NCBI GenBank assembly: GCA_973895155.1
Contig: OZ316898.1
Span: forward strand, 11,927,187-11,991,186
Direction of reading: 5' to 3'
Source of the DNA: Marsupella aquatica
Taxonomy: Eukaryota > Plantae > Marchantiophyta
DNA length: 64,000 bases
A model generated the notes under the pieces. It was not told the DNA's origin and did not search any database. It saw nothing but the letters and a program-made list of their open reading frames with translations. Of this stretch, positions 14,728-27,267 are shown in pieces. Numbering within the stretch: position 1 is the first letter of the stretch; the number at the start of each line of letters is the position of its first letter. A program made the translations under genes and the position numbers.

Positions 14728-15275
14728 AGTGACAAACAGCAATCAATCAGCTGTGCAGGCCCGACTTTTCTCGATATCCCGCCACAGACAGAATTCATGC
14801 ATGCACCTTTTCACGATTCTCCGTAGCTACCTACACTTTGGACAGAATTCTCCACTTCCGAGCGAAGGGACAAACATCAATCAATCGGCTGTGCAGGCCC
14901 GACTTTTCTCCATACCGCACAGACAGGATTCTCCACTTCCGAGCGAAGTGACAACATCAATCAATCAGCTGTGCAGGACCGGCTTTTTCTCGATAATCCG
15001 CCACAGAGAATTCTCTAGCACAGACAGAATTCATACATGCACCTTTTCTCGATTCTCCGTAGCTACCTACACTTCGAACAGAATTCTCCACTTCCGAGCG
15101 AAGGGACAAACATCAATCAATCAGCTGTGCAGGCCCGACTTTTCCCGATACTCCGCCACAGAGAATTCTCCAGCACAGGCAGAATTCATACATGCAGCTT
15201 TTTTCGATTCCCTGTAGCTACCTACAGTTTGAACAGAATTCTCCACTTCCGAGCGAAGGGACAAGCAGTAATCAA
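14728..15275. repeat. Imperfect tandem repeat (~80-155-bp units) in the pyruvate kinase 5'UTR/promoter
   Basis: aatcaatcagctgtgcagg-like motif at ~14741, 14879, 14959 and 15114, with repeated gaattctccacttccgagcgaagggaca blocks. Confidence 0.85.
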
Positions 15276-16009
15276 TTACAACGAAGGGCATACGCAGAGA
15301 GAAATCGTGGGGGACAGGGGCGAGTAACTGGCTGTCATTCAGAAAGGCTGGGCCATCCTATCCCGGCGATCCTATCATTGCGTGTCAAAGGTCGCATGGC
15401 TGTAGTTAATTAGGACGGAGAACTTTTCGCTGCGAATAATGACATCTACGACAACTTTTCGTAAGGAAATTCATGTTTTGGAGGTGTCAACCTTTTATTA
15501 GGACCCACCTTTTATAGGTCGTTGAGTTTTACTAGGCTCTTGGGTTCGCCTTCTGCCCTGGTCTTTCTGGTTTTTTGGCTTTTTCTTTGTTCCCTCTTGA
15601 TTGGGTTTTTGGCCTGTATGATCATGTTCGCCCTCTTTTTGCCTTTTGGCAATTTGAAATATACTTTTAGGATACCTTTATTTGTTTATGCATCACAGGT
15701 AACATTTGGAAACGTGAAGAATACCCTCATATTTTCACCTTCTGTGCTAGATCTATTACACTCAATAATGTGATCTGTGCACCTCAGCTAACATTCGCAA
15801 ATATCAAGAACACTCTTTAGTCTTTACCATCTGCTATAGGGTTGCTCCAACTTTAAACAATCTCCTCCAAAATGTTAATAAAAAGCTTTAAGGACTATCG
15901 TATCTAGATAAACCAGAAAACATATATTCTATAAAGTATCTAAAAGTGTAAAAATTCACGCCAGAAAGGTAAATAAGCTGTATAATGTTTCACGCTCAAA
16001 AGATGGAAT

Positions 16010-17057
16010 ATACAACCTTATTACATAAAAGGATCAAACATAGTACAAAAGAACAAACAAAAGAGGGTCCAAATGGACAAAACCAAACGTAAAAGAACTG
16101 AGCAATAGGGAACCCCTAAAAACCAAGAAAGAGAAACTACAACTAAGAAGTGAGCAATAGGGAACCCCTAAAAACCATGAAATAAGAACTAAAACTAAGA
16201 AGTGAGCACTAGGGAACCCGTAAAAACCAAGAAAGAGAAACTAAAACTAACCCAAAGGGACTGAGGTTCTCATCATTCCTAGCAAATGTGGCAAAAAGCT
16301 AATGGTCTACATCAAGTGCCGAAACTAAATCGGCAAGTGGGATTGGAAACGTTCTCTAGGGGAGCGAGCCGCTGCGGGGGCACACTAGCACCCACTGTAA
16401 GAGATCAACGATAGATAGCCCGAGCTTGAGCACGCTGTAAGGTGACTGAAATGCGTTGGCGAAAGTGCGTGATCAAAACAAATAGCGGGGGCCCGGTGGG
16501 ACCCATCTGGCCATGAACATCCCGGGCAACTTGTCTAAGAAGCCCGTCAAACTGGTGATGAAGACGCCCGAATACTCAAGAGCAAGGGGGAGGAAGCTAT
16601 CAGATGAAGCTCGTGCAACATATTTGGCCTCCTTTGCTGTTTCCGCACAAGACGCTACTGCCCCTGCCATTGTTGCCGCTGTCCCAATGATGTCTTGGGC
16701 GCAATGGGTTTGCCACCACTACATCTGCCAAAGTATGTTGACCCTCACGGACCATGGTAAGATCGACCCGTAACCGTTGTGATGGAGGACCAGGTAACTT
16801 GAGTACCACCTCCCGTCGCACGCATACCAAAGAGCCTGAGAGAACCTGAGCAGTTGCACATCTCACAAAGTCGTGAACAATAATGGACACCTCTGGCATC
16901 ACAAGGCTTCCCACAAGTACAAGGAGGTAAACCAGCGAGAAATGGGTGGGGCAGCCCCATACGAAGATGCATGGTTGTCGAGAACTCCGCTGAAGACATC
17001 CGCAGATGAGAAATGACTGGATTGGCCTGAAGCCATCCTCCTGTGCCCTTCCCTCCG
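16010..17057 (-). mobile_element. 5'-truncated, decayed CRE-like non-LTR retrotransposon (Zn knuckle + restriction-like endonuclease)
   Basis: Frameshifted translation CTCGKPCDARGVH...HDFVR...RVDL...LADVVVANP...KEAKY...FLPLALE. Highly similar to the copy at 46829-47498, including the 3'UTR. Confidence 0.75.
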
Positions 17058-18923
17058 GAAGGATTCCCATTCGAGAAGTATAATTAGTCACTCTTTCCTT
17101 AGATAAATGAGGAAACAAATATTCTTTAAAGTATCTAAAGTGTGAAGATTCCAAAAAGGTAAAATAGATTGTCTTGTAATGTTTCTGGCTCAGAAGGATT
17201 CCCATGTCGAGAAGTATAATTAGTCATTATTTTTAGAGATTGGGTGTATTTTTTAGTAACCTTTAAAGCAAAAATAAGTTAGTCTTGGGTAACTTGGTAC
17301 TTGTGCCTGAATGCTTATTACTTCACAAATTGTCTTCTCCTCACTACTTATTCCTTTATAAAGTGTTGGCCCCACATATATCCCCACTTGCCATTTTTCT
17401 ACTAGACAACTGTTTAGCGTTTAGACTATTGTGAATCCAATTTCAAAAAATGGTGAGCCTCTCATGTTTTCTCGTAATGACTCAGGCTAGTGATATGTAA
17501 GTTAATCAAAACCATAAACTTAGGAAACATAACCCTAAGAGAGGACGGGGTGAAATGATTATGTCACAATTCTTGGATTCCATCACACTCTTGAAAATAA
17601 ATAGCTTAGGGTCTAGGTATCTCTAGTGTATGAAGAATAAAATTAATATATCTTAAATACAAGGATAAATCAACATATTCTAACAAAGGATGGGCAATAT
17701 GAAAAGCTAAACACAAACCTAAAGAGGGGGTCTCAAAATAGAAAATTAAAAACATTAAGAGAGGGTTTAAAATAATCTCAAAGTTCAAAAAATACAAAGG
17801 ATTCATAAATAAATCAAAACAAAAACACATATCAAAAATCTAAATAAGATAAAATAACACCGAACATAATTACACTACAGCCCATTTAGTGTCCAAGATT
17901 TTTTTATTTTTTTTTACCTTCTATTCAATTTTTTTCTCCAAGGTGCCAGTCTCCTCCACCATTTTGGGAAAAGAGTCCCCTCAGTAGTGAAGTTTGGATC
18001 CTGATAACCCATAGCTCTCGAAGGGGCAGGTGCAAACATTGAACGAAAATCAAAACGTCCAAAACTAAAATAATGATTTCGCAATTAACTCACGTGCAGA
18101 ATCTTTGACAGGTGTGAAATTTGATAAGTCTCAATTCCCAATCGAATCTCTTTTGGCGTTACTAGTAACCTTATGCGCAGAAGTCTCCGTCGCTTTTGCG
18201 TTTGTGATTCAAGGAATCAAGGTTCCTTGTATTGTCCAAGCTCTGGACCATTGACTTTGTTTCCACACCCGCCCTTGACGCTACCCATGTCGCCGGGATT
18301 TCTAATTGCTTGCTTCATCCAGGAAGTACCACTGCAAGTTTTCTTCTTGGCAATTGCAAATGCCTTGGATGCACCCTTCATCAAGATACTGTCCAGGCCA
18401 GAGAGCCAACCAAAAAAACATATGTCCAGCGTCGTTGTATCCGCAAGGAGGTATCCACAAAAAATTGGTTGGGCATGGTGAGCAATCGGTTTTGCTGTCC
18501 CGAGTAAACTTTGAGCTTCACTTGAGTAGTTGCCTAGTTTTTTACCTGCAGATTGGGAACTTTGGCCGATCGGCTACTCTGGACGATACAAAAGAGATTC
18601 CCATGTTTCGGAGCTTGTTTTGAACGACATCTGGTCATGGTCCAGAAGTGTTCTCTCTGACCGCGTTTTCTGCATGGTGAAGATGGACAGGAATTGTTGA
18701 TGCAGAGTATCAGCTACTCTGCCGCACGGGTTGTATGAACCTGGAATTGTCTTCCAGGTTAGTACTGCAATTGAGATCATCACCAAACTAGTTGCTTATT
18801 AGTTTAATAGATCGTGCATTCATTGCTCGGCCTAATTTTTCTTCTTTGGATGCCGAATTCGCAATGGAGGGTATTAAGTTGCAGAGCATCTATGAAGATT
18901 CAGCGTATTGTGGGCCCTTGCAG

Positions 18924-19105
18924 GCGAAATGCTGAGAAATTCGGGGAAACTGTCGCCATCAAGAAATTATTGCAAGACAAGCGCTACGAAATTCGTGAGC
19001 TGCGAAGCATGTGGGTCCTTGACCACCCTAGCATCGTGACTTCGAAGCATTGGTTTTTCTCCACCACTGAAAGCATGAGTTGTATCACACCTAGTTCTGG
19101 AATAA
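18924..19105 (+). pseudogene. Isolated, decayed exon of a GSK3/shaggy-like kinase
   Basis: After a ttgcag acceptor: AKC/..[50 protein letters not shown], with frameshifts. Matches plant GSK3 [21 protein letters not shown]...LDHPNVV.LKHCFFSTTE. Confidence 0.85.
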
Positions 19106-19612
19106 TTACGTTGCATCGACTCTCCTACAACGTGATTCAATCAAGAGGTTGCTGGGCTGTGTCTTCATGTCTCTCACTAAGCTGGTAGTCGTGTCCTCGT
19201 AGTGTATATTTGGCTCTTCTATTGTATGAAACAGAACATTCCTCGCCGTCATTTTAACGTAGTAGTGAGGTTGGCACAGACGTGCCGATCACCACACCCT
19301 ATCTCTTGGTAACGCGTCTAGTTCGATTCGGTTCGGAAGGGTTTTAGATTCTGACCCTCACTTTGCCGATAGTTCATGTGAGGGAAGAGATTTCGTGCAA
19401 CGGAGCTGAAGGAGATCTGGCACGGTGCGTCGTCCCGGAAGGTCTGTTTCAGCATTTTCTTTGTAACTACTCATAGATAGGAATGGGGTTCAGGGTCTAT
19501 GGATGGGAATCTGTCTCTCACATGTAGGCGAGCTCCGATTAGGCATGGAGGGTTGCAGTGTCCTGATGAATCTTACTCTTACCAAACAATTCCTCTGGTG
19601 GCCATTTTGCAG

Positions 19613-19871
19613 ACCATGGAGTTCCTCACAGTTCTCGTTCTGGGTAAAGGAGGAGTGGGCAAGGGCTCGACTGTTCCATGAGGGGAGAAATTAGTCGCCG
19701 TCGTGAGTGCTTTCCAGGTACTTGGTCGAAGGTTATCGGGATATACCCTTCTTAGGTATCTTCAATGCTCAGGATCAAGAGCAGGCTTCACTTCAAATAG
19801 TATCGATACAGCAGGGTTGGTTGAAGGGCGCTCTTGTGTCAATTGACCAAAGCCCTCCAGATCATCCGAAG
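19613..19871 (+). pseudogene. Two decayed consecutive exons of a TOC34/TOC33-like chloroplast import GTPase
   Basis: 19613-19717, bounded by ttttgcag and gtact: LTVLVLGKGGVGKGSTV*..VVSAFQ. ~19771-19871: SRAGFTSNSIDTAGLVEG..ALQIIR|gt. Compare Toc34 LTILVMGKGGVGKSSTVNS...SRAGFTLNIIDTPGLIEG. Confidence 0.8.
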
Positions 19872-20258
19872 GTGATTCCTAAACCATGGTATCTGCTTTG
19901 GTCCTACATATCGTGGTCCTACATATCGACAGAAGCTATGCAAGGTTTCCCCGTGGAGTATTATTTCTATTGGCCCGTCGTTACGTCAACGATTTCCAAT
20001 TTGGTCTTCATGACTCTTTAACTTAACTAGGAATCTAGAACGCAAATTGTCATAGAGCAATCGACCCATGGAGTGGTTCTCATGGAGTGCATCCATTGGT
20101 GCCCGACTGTTCCTACGTGCAGATGTCTTCTCACAAAACCATTAATGCAGTACTGTCGGGACCAAGATTCTTGTCATCCTTCCCAGCAACTTCGATCTCA
20201 AATCCTCAAATTTAGAATCTCAGCTTTACAAGTAGAACGCATTAGACAGAGCTAAGCC

Positions 20259-21649
20259 TTATAGTTTCGTAAAAATGGGCTTCCGCTTCGTCATTCTGGC
20301 CCTTATAGCCTCTTCGATGTCACCAGGCCACATATGAGCAGCATTCCATGTCGCAACCCAGTCCAACCCCTCAGCAACGGAAACATCCCTGGACTTGAGA
20401 AGCATTGCCTTGGTTCCCATCACTGCCAGGGGAGACTTCTCGGCAATCCGTGTGGCAATTTCCCTCACCCCCTTCTCTAAACCTTCCTTCGAGGAAAATA
20501 ATCCTGTCACTAGTCCGAGGCTCTTTGCCTCTTTGCCATCAAAAATCCTTGCAGTGAGGGCCAACTCCACTGCATTGGAATAACCTATTATGAACGGGAG
20601 TCTCTGCAAAGTGCCAAGATCAGCCGTAATTGCAAGATCTGCTTCTAGTACCGAGAAAGTAGCGTCCTCCGTGGAATATCTACGACCACAGAAAAACACT
20701 AAATCTGTAAGTTAATGCAAACACGGTAGCAACAACCTCATGTCAATCTGATGTTTGGCATTTCATACAGCCTCGCACTGAACATAACAGTTAACACATG
20801 TTGCACATAAGAGTCCCAAAAATCTTCGGTTGAGCTCAAGTAAGGTTCTGGAAACAAAGTCCGGCGTACAGTCGCACTGGAGCCCCAGAAACCCCAGAAA
20901 GGCAGGCAGTATGCTAGTCAAGAAAATCCCCCTCAAATTTCACTTAAGAGTCTGGTCAATCGGTCAATAGCATTTGCCTTGCTCGTCGATCCCAACGCCA
21001 GAGTATTATCTTCCTTGACAAATCAATTATCTTCCAATTCTTACTCTTTCCACCTATCAAGCTTCACTAACAGCGACAATTATCGGGAAACCTCTCATGG
21101 CATCAAGGTTGTCCCACCCGGACAAGTCAGATAAGGAACAACATCTGGACACCAAAAAGCAAAATATAACCCTAACGGAGGCATGGCAATTTCGAGTTAA
21201 GCAGGTCACCTGAGATCGCAAGCAGTGATCAGATCCACACCCCCACCAATACAAGGCCCGTGTATAGCAGCAATGACTGGCTTCCTACACTTCTCGATGG
21301 CAGTGACCGCATCCTGCATAACCTTCAGATTCCTCCTCCAAATGTCCCTCTCTTTGCCAAACTCCCTCCTGCCGGTCTCGCTGTCTTTAATTCCAACGCT
21401 CGAGTCGCTGGACAACGTATCCAAGTCAATTCCGGCACAAAAGTGCCGTCGACCTGCTGCACTGAAGATAATCACTCGTGTCGACGCATTCTCATCCAGC
21501 TCCCGCAGAGCCAAAGGAAGTTCCCGAAAGACAGCACTGCTCAGAGCGTTGGCACGAGATGGGCGATTCAGCAAGATGGTGGCAACGCCTTCCGCATCTG
21601 GCAACTCAATCTTCACGGTCTCGAAAGTTGAGGTGCCTCCCGCCGCCAT
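20259..21649 (-). CDS. DCI1: Peroxisomal delta(3,5)-delta(2,4)-dienoyl-CoA isomerase (crotonase superfamily)
   Basis: Exons 21649-21210 and 20679-20259 join in frame. Motifs HFCAGIDL, KPVIAAIHGPCIGGGVDLITACDLR and EADLAITADLGTLQRLP; C-terminal PTS1-like TKL. Confidence 0.92.
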
Positions 21650-21954
21650 GAGAACGAAATTAATCGCCTATTGCTAGAGAAACGTACACATCAATTACCG
21701 AACTTCTGTAGCGATCCCTCGAACTACAAACAATGGATGCCCAAAACAGACAACCAGTCTGCTCTCTACAACAACAGAATTACAACACTCCTACACGAGA
21801 AAACTACTTTTCCCGTTTAAAAAGTTCAAGGATCTCTTGGTTAAGTGAGTTTGATATGACAAGTTAAAGCACATGAAGAATTAGGTGTTGGAATAGGTTT
21901 GAATATGGAGGCAAGCTTAAATAACGAGGAGATTATTCATTGTAGTAATCCTTG

Positions 21955-23075
21955 CACAAAGTTCCCTTCAGTTGGTATTCCTCTGTCCATGCACTCCACT
22001 CCAAAGGTTTCTTTTGGTATTCTTATATCCATAGTAGTTACAAGGTTTCTTTTGGTATTCTTTTATCCATAGTAGTTGCAAGGTTTCTTATGTTCTCTTG
22101 GTATTACCCTATCCACACTAGTCTAAAAGTTTCTTATGTTCTCTTGGTGTTCCTCAATCTACACTAGAGAGGTTTCTTAAGTTAGCTTGGTAAATGTTAC
22201 AGGAGATGAAGAGTTTTTGTATTAATGGTTATTTCAAAAAATTATCAATTAAATAGAAAACTCGTACAATTTACTGAAACTATATCAATCACAAACCATC
22301 CAAAGGTTATTTTCTTTTATTCCTTTTCCATCTATTTCTTTGTTTATTTGAAATGTTACTTTTCAAATTTCTACTATTTTTAGAGTTACAAGGTCTAACT
22401 ATTTTACTTTGCCTTGCCTCAAACACAAATAGTCATATTTGGTTCTTATTGAGTAATGAACAGTTCTTGTTTCTGAAAAATGGTGGTGATGTGGTTGCAT
22501 GTGGTTGAAGTAATCAAAGGGTTTCTTATGTTCCCTTGGTATAGATTTCCCATGCTCACCAAATGTTTCTTACATTTTCTTGGTATTACTCTATATCCAT
22601 AGTAGCCAAAGAGTTTCTTGCCTTACCATATATATCAAAGTGCCACAATTCAAAAATGAAAAACCAGGAGACAGGATCCCAAAGGCAAAACAACCCAATA
22701 AAGGGAAGGAAGCAGAAAGGGGAAGGAACCCAAGAAGACCCAAGAGGTTCAACAAGACAAGGAGTCCCCAACCACAACCAAGGAACAATTAAGAGTTTCT
22801 TTCTACCCATGGCTATCCCAAAAGTTTGACAATTAAATACAAAATTCAAACAGTTTACCAGAAAACATTGATATATCAATCACAACTCATCCACAGTTAT
22901 TTTATTTTACCTGGTTTACCCATTTCTTTGTTTATTTTAAGTCTGTGTTATTTTTCAATTTCCCATTACTTTTACAATTATGGGTTCTAACTATTTTCCT
23001 TCATCTTGTCTCAAACACATTCTTCTTGCATAACTAACCATTCTTGTTTGTGACTATTGGCCCCGATGTGATTGC
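21955..23075. repeat. Degenerate ~40-bp minisatellite plus an old ~200-bp duplication
   Basis: aaggtttcttatgttctcttggtatt...atccatagtag-like units at 21960-22190 and 22520-22620, also at ~41730-41850. The block at ~22280-22500 is duplicated at ~22870-23075. Confidence 0.6.
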
Positions 23076-24229
23076 ACATGCTTACAGGGATTTTGGAAGG
23101 AGCTTCCCATGGGGTCTGTAAACAATCATGAATCTTAATGCCTTTGTGATTTTTTCCTTTGTGTTTTTCATGGCATTATAGGAGTCATGATGACCCCTTC
23201 AAGATCTGGATCACTTCCTTAGGAACATTCCCTCTACTTTTACGAGAGTTTGAAAAAAATAAAAATAGTTTAGGCCTTTAAGTGTAGTACCTAAGATCCT
23301 GTTTTTGCAGTATTATGGGCAATAATAGCTCTTCAAACTCGAGGTGAAGCTCTTTTTTGGGCAATATATTTGATAATGCACTCTAAAGAGGACTTTATTC
23401 TATACATATATAAAGTTTGGTTTTACTCTATTGCCAAGTACCACCAGATTATAAATTTATTGCAATTTTGATTTGTCTCATTTTTGTTACTCAAATACAC
23501 GTGCTACTATGAACACTGAACCTCCCCACTGTTGGGGGAGACCAAAGTGGTGGATTTCTAGCATAACTGCCCTCCACCTTACTACTGTACTACACTTAAC
23601 CAGCCCCAGCCTCGGAAAATGGATTGGGCCAGTGGAGTGCCAGACTGCCAGTGGAGTTCCAGCTCAACTGCCTGGTTACCAAAAAAAAGGGTTGGAAAAG
23701 TTTCACCTGCGCAGGTAGGGAAGATTGTAAACTACCTCCGTTTAACTTAGTCCCTCCAACACCATTGACCCAAGACTATTGGTCAATTTGCACTATCCAA
23801 CAACCTTCACTTCTGCCAATAATAATTGAGTCATTCTAATACCGTGGACTGAAGGACATTGGTTGTTCCACACAATATATCAAACAGCAGCTAAGGAATC
23901 CAATTGGGCACAACTCCTCCAATCCAATTGAGTAAGCTGGACCCATGGCATTATTTAACTGTAGAAAATCTTCGGATTGTCTTTCCATTTTAGCGGCAGA
24001 GTTGCAGAAAGCTTGAAAACAGAGGCTTCGTTGTATGATTTGAGTTCTTTCTTGTTGTTCTTGTACGAGATACGCTCTTCTCAAAGAAAATGATTATGAA
24101 GCTACTTCTCGAAGAAAGTGATCATGAAGCTTCCAATCAAGACGGCTGCCACTGCCACTGCCACTGCCAAGCCCGGTTTGACCTTGCCCGTCAAACTGGG
24201 CGTTTGAGAGCGGCAAATTGACAACCCGG

Positions 24230-24803
24230 CACCCGGGTTCGGAAGCAGTCCGGGAAAGGAAACGTCCGGTTCGGGGTTCGGGTTCGGGAGGAGGTTCGGG
24301 TGGGGGTCCGGGTGACTAATCGGGTCCGGGTCCGGGGCGGAGGCGCTCGGTGGGGGCTCGGGGTGGGGTCCGGGTGGGGTTCGGGGTGGGGTCCGGGTGC
24401 GGCTCGGGTCCGGGAGGAGGAGGTACGGGGGGTTCGGGTGGGGGTCCGGGTGGGGTTCGGGTCCGGGTCCGAGGGGTTCGGGTGCGCTCGGTGGGGGTTC
24501 GGGGTGGGGTTCGGGTCCGGGAGGCCGGGGTGGGTCCGGGTGGGGATCGGGGTTCGGGGTCCGGTTCGGGGTTCGGGATTGAGGCTCGGAGAATTAGGGT
24601 TTCGCGATTTAGGGTTGGAGGATGGGGCCGGTCGGGAAAGGGTCGGGGGCTCGGGAGAGGATAAAAGGAGGAGATCCCTCCTCCCCCTCCTCATTTTCGG
24701 TTTTGCAGAAAGGAGGAGAGGAGGAGAGGAGGAGGAGGAGGAGGAGGAGAGGAGGAGAGGAGGAAGAGGAGGAGGAGGAGGAGAAGAGGAGGAGGAGGAG
24801 GAG
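24230..24803 (+). repeat. G-rich subterminal microrepeats (GGGTTCGG/GGGTCCGG) and a GGA tract at the left end of the hAT
   Basis: Dozens of GGG-containing 6-12-bp units, with TTAGGG motifs, then (GGA)n at ~24715-24803. Confidence 0.9.
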
Positions 24804-24890
24804 GTAAGTGTTTGGTTTTGGTTTTTATTTTTGATTTTTGGTTTGTTTTGTGATTTTTTAAGTTTTCTTTGTGTTTTAAACCCTAACCTT

Positions 24891-25255
24891 AGAGCCAAAT
24901 GGAGGGATATAAAGAAACACTTGTACGCGCACGCTTTGAGCCTCGGTTCGGTTTGCGATACTCCGTACAAGAATTTCTTAATATCACCTTAACAATTTAG
25001 TCTCCTTTGTTCATTAAGTAAAACATTTGCGGAGATAGAGGAATCCATGTACGCATGCTTAGAGTTTCGGCTCGGTCTGCGATACTTTGCATGGATACCA
25101 CGATTCGCCGAGAATGTTTTTACTTGAATTACAAATGAGTGTTAAGTTATAGACACCAAATCACATATGTCGAAGCAGGAATATAACAACTTTGAAAGAA
25201 AAGAACACTTTTGTGCGCATGCTTTGAGCGTCCGCTCGGTCTGCGATATTTCACA
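24891..25255. repeat. Left subterminal inverted repeat of the hAT (partner at ~34335-34705)
   Basis: Three copies of gca(t/c)gctt(t/a)gag..tcg(g)ctcggtctgcgata on the left (~24925, 25050, 25215) are mirrored by tatcgcagaccgagcc..gctcaaagcat-like copies at ~34345, 34510 and 34640. Confidence 0.85.
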
Positions 25256-25475
25256 AGTGTTGTCTTTCTCTTTTATTGTTGTTATATAGAAAGGTAATTA
25301 AAATCATGTGTGCAATAAAAATACATAATGCATGGGAGAAACAAACCGGGAAAAGATAATAACAATACGACTTGTAATTTTCAGGTTGGTCGTTGAATCC
25401 TTATTGGAAGGATTTTATTTAAATCCCGATAAGATCTTGTTCCTCCCTCACATATTCCTTTTGTGAAGGGAAAAC

Positions 25476-27077
25476 ATGGTCATCGAAAATTTTAGTTTAG
25501 AGTATAGGCAAGTGTTGGAGATGATCACAAAACATGTGAATGAAGGATATGAGCCGAATCTTGTTGCTCTGGATGCATTGAAGAACGCTCGAAACACTCT
25601 CGAACATGCTAGGAATTCTAGCAAAGTGGCCGGGAAACGAAAACGGAAGGGGGCAAACGAAGAAGCAAAACAGGTTCGACACAATGTGGTAGTGTCGATA
25701 TGGAAAGAGATACTTTATCGCTACACTCAACCGAAACAGTATGGGGTGGACGGGTTCGAGAGGGAGTTCACAAGACACGGAGAGAAAGGATACAAGAACT
25801 TTCTTGGTGAGATAACCCGTTGTATGCGGGAAAGTGTACAAAAGGAGGACAATTTCACACGAGAGCAAATGAAGTCATTTGAAGATGAAACTGAGAAACC
25901 GGGAGGATTTCTGGAAAATTTGGCACTCAACTTGGAGAAGCATGTTTGGGATAATTTGGCAGCCAAAGTGGAAGAGGGTGACACTACATTGCTTGGAAAC
26001 CCCGGGATGTACACACACAAGAGAGAATTGCTAGTGAAGTGGAGTAAGGAGTTGGCAATGGCGAAATCTGATAGCAATGTCAAATATGCTAACGAGATTG
26101 TGCACTTTGGGGATGTCAGCATCAAAAGTGCTCGAAAAGGAACACGTCCATCGCGTGTAGTTCCAGAGGTTAGGAGTATCCATTTTCTTAAACCTGAGCA
26201 AGTGCACAACACACGTCGCATTGGGAAAGGAATCCAAGGAGAGGTATACACTTGTCGTATATTACATTGTTCTCTCATTCCCGTCAACGTGACCTTAGTC
26301 GCAAAGCGGTTCAAGGATGGGGACAAGCATAAGAGATGAACTGACGCATTACAAGAAGTGCTTATGGGAGGACTGAATCATAAGGGAATCGTTGGAGCTC
26401 TTGCGTTGACTATTGAGGATCCGCCAAAACTTATTTACGATCACTATAATGGAGGTGACTTGGGTAGCTTTATTGATAAGTGCGGCATATCGTCAAAGAG
26501 CAAGGGGAAGGCACAGATCACGACGGACCTTGATTTCAAGTTTATTTCGGAGAAGAAACTCTTGTTGGAGAACCGGTTGGGAATCGTCTTGGCTTTGCTG
26601 GAGACACTGCAATACTTGCATGAGCATGATCGATTTCATTGTGATCTTCACTTTGGAAACATCCTTCTTCATTTCGATCACAAGCACGATGTGGCTATTA
26701 AGGTGTATGTTGGTTTATGTGATTTTGGCTTGTCTAAGCATAAATCACAGTGCAAATTACCAGCTAATCGGATGTGGCCCACAGCAACAGAAAAAGCAGC
26801 AACATACCAAAAACAATTTCCACAGTTGGCTCCGGAGCTTGTTCAACCTACCCCTGTCGAGTTTAGTGAAAGTACCGATATATATGCTTTGGGGAATATT
26901 TTTGAGACATTGTTGATAGAGAATTGGGATGGAATGTCTAAGGGTTCACGGTTTTTGGGGAGGGGTTGGAGTGCACAAGTGCATGGCCCCAAATTGGATG
27001 TCATAATCCGTGAAATGATGGCCACGGATGCCAAGAAAAGAATGGATTGTGCTTTTTGGAGTTTGAAGATAGTTTGA
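25476..27077 (+). pseudogene. Transposon-borne protein kinase (TKL-like) with an in-frame TGA at 26337
   Basis: ORFs 25476-26339 and 26358-27077 are in the same frame. Motifs IGKGIQGEVY, VAKRF, HCDLHFGNILL, DFGL, APE and DIYALG. The frame continues upstream through another TGA (25464) to an acceptor at 25384. Confidence 0.88.
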
Positions 27078-27267
27078 ACGTTTCCAGATTGCACATTGTA
27101 TTTGCACAACAGTCCATATCTTAGAGATTAAAGATTAGGGTTTACACAATTTTGTAAAGGTCACCTTAACGATTATATGTTTATTCATTGTATGTCAATT
27201 ACAATGTTCTGCATTTTGTTGATAATATTCTATCAAACTTTGTCGTGAATGCCCAAAATTGTGCTAA

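Noticed and set aside
14522-15413. 231-aa and shorter plus-strand ORFs
   Set aside because: Antisense to pyruvate kinase exon 1 and running through tandem repeats; no domain recognised.
22609-22802. ~170-bp purine-rich insert between AAGAGTTTCTT direct repeats
   Set aside because: May be a truncated retroelement 3' end, but the direct repeat resembles the local minisatellite unit, so a TSD is not established.
24191-24992. Pro/Gly/Arg-rich ORFs on both strands (also 34887-35529)
   Set aside because: Stop-free frames arising from GC-rich transposon terminal microrepeats.
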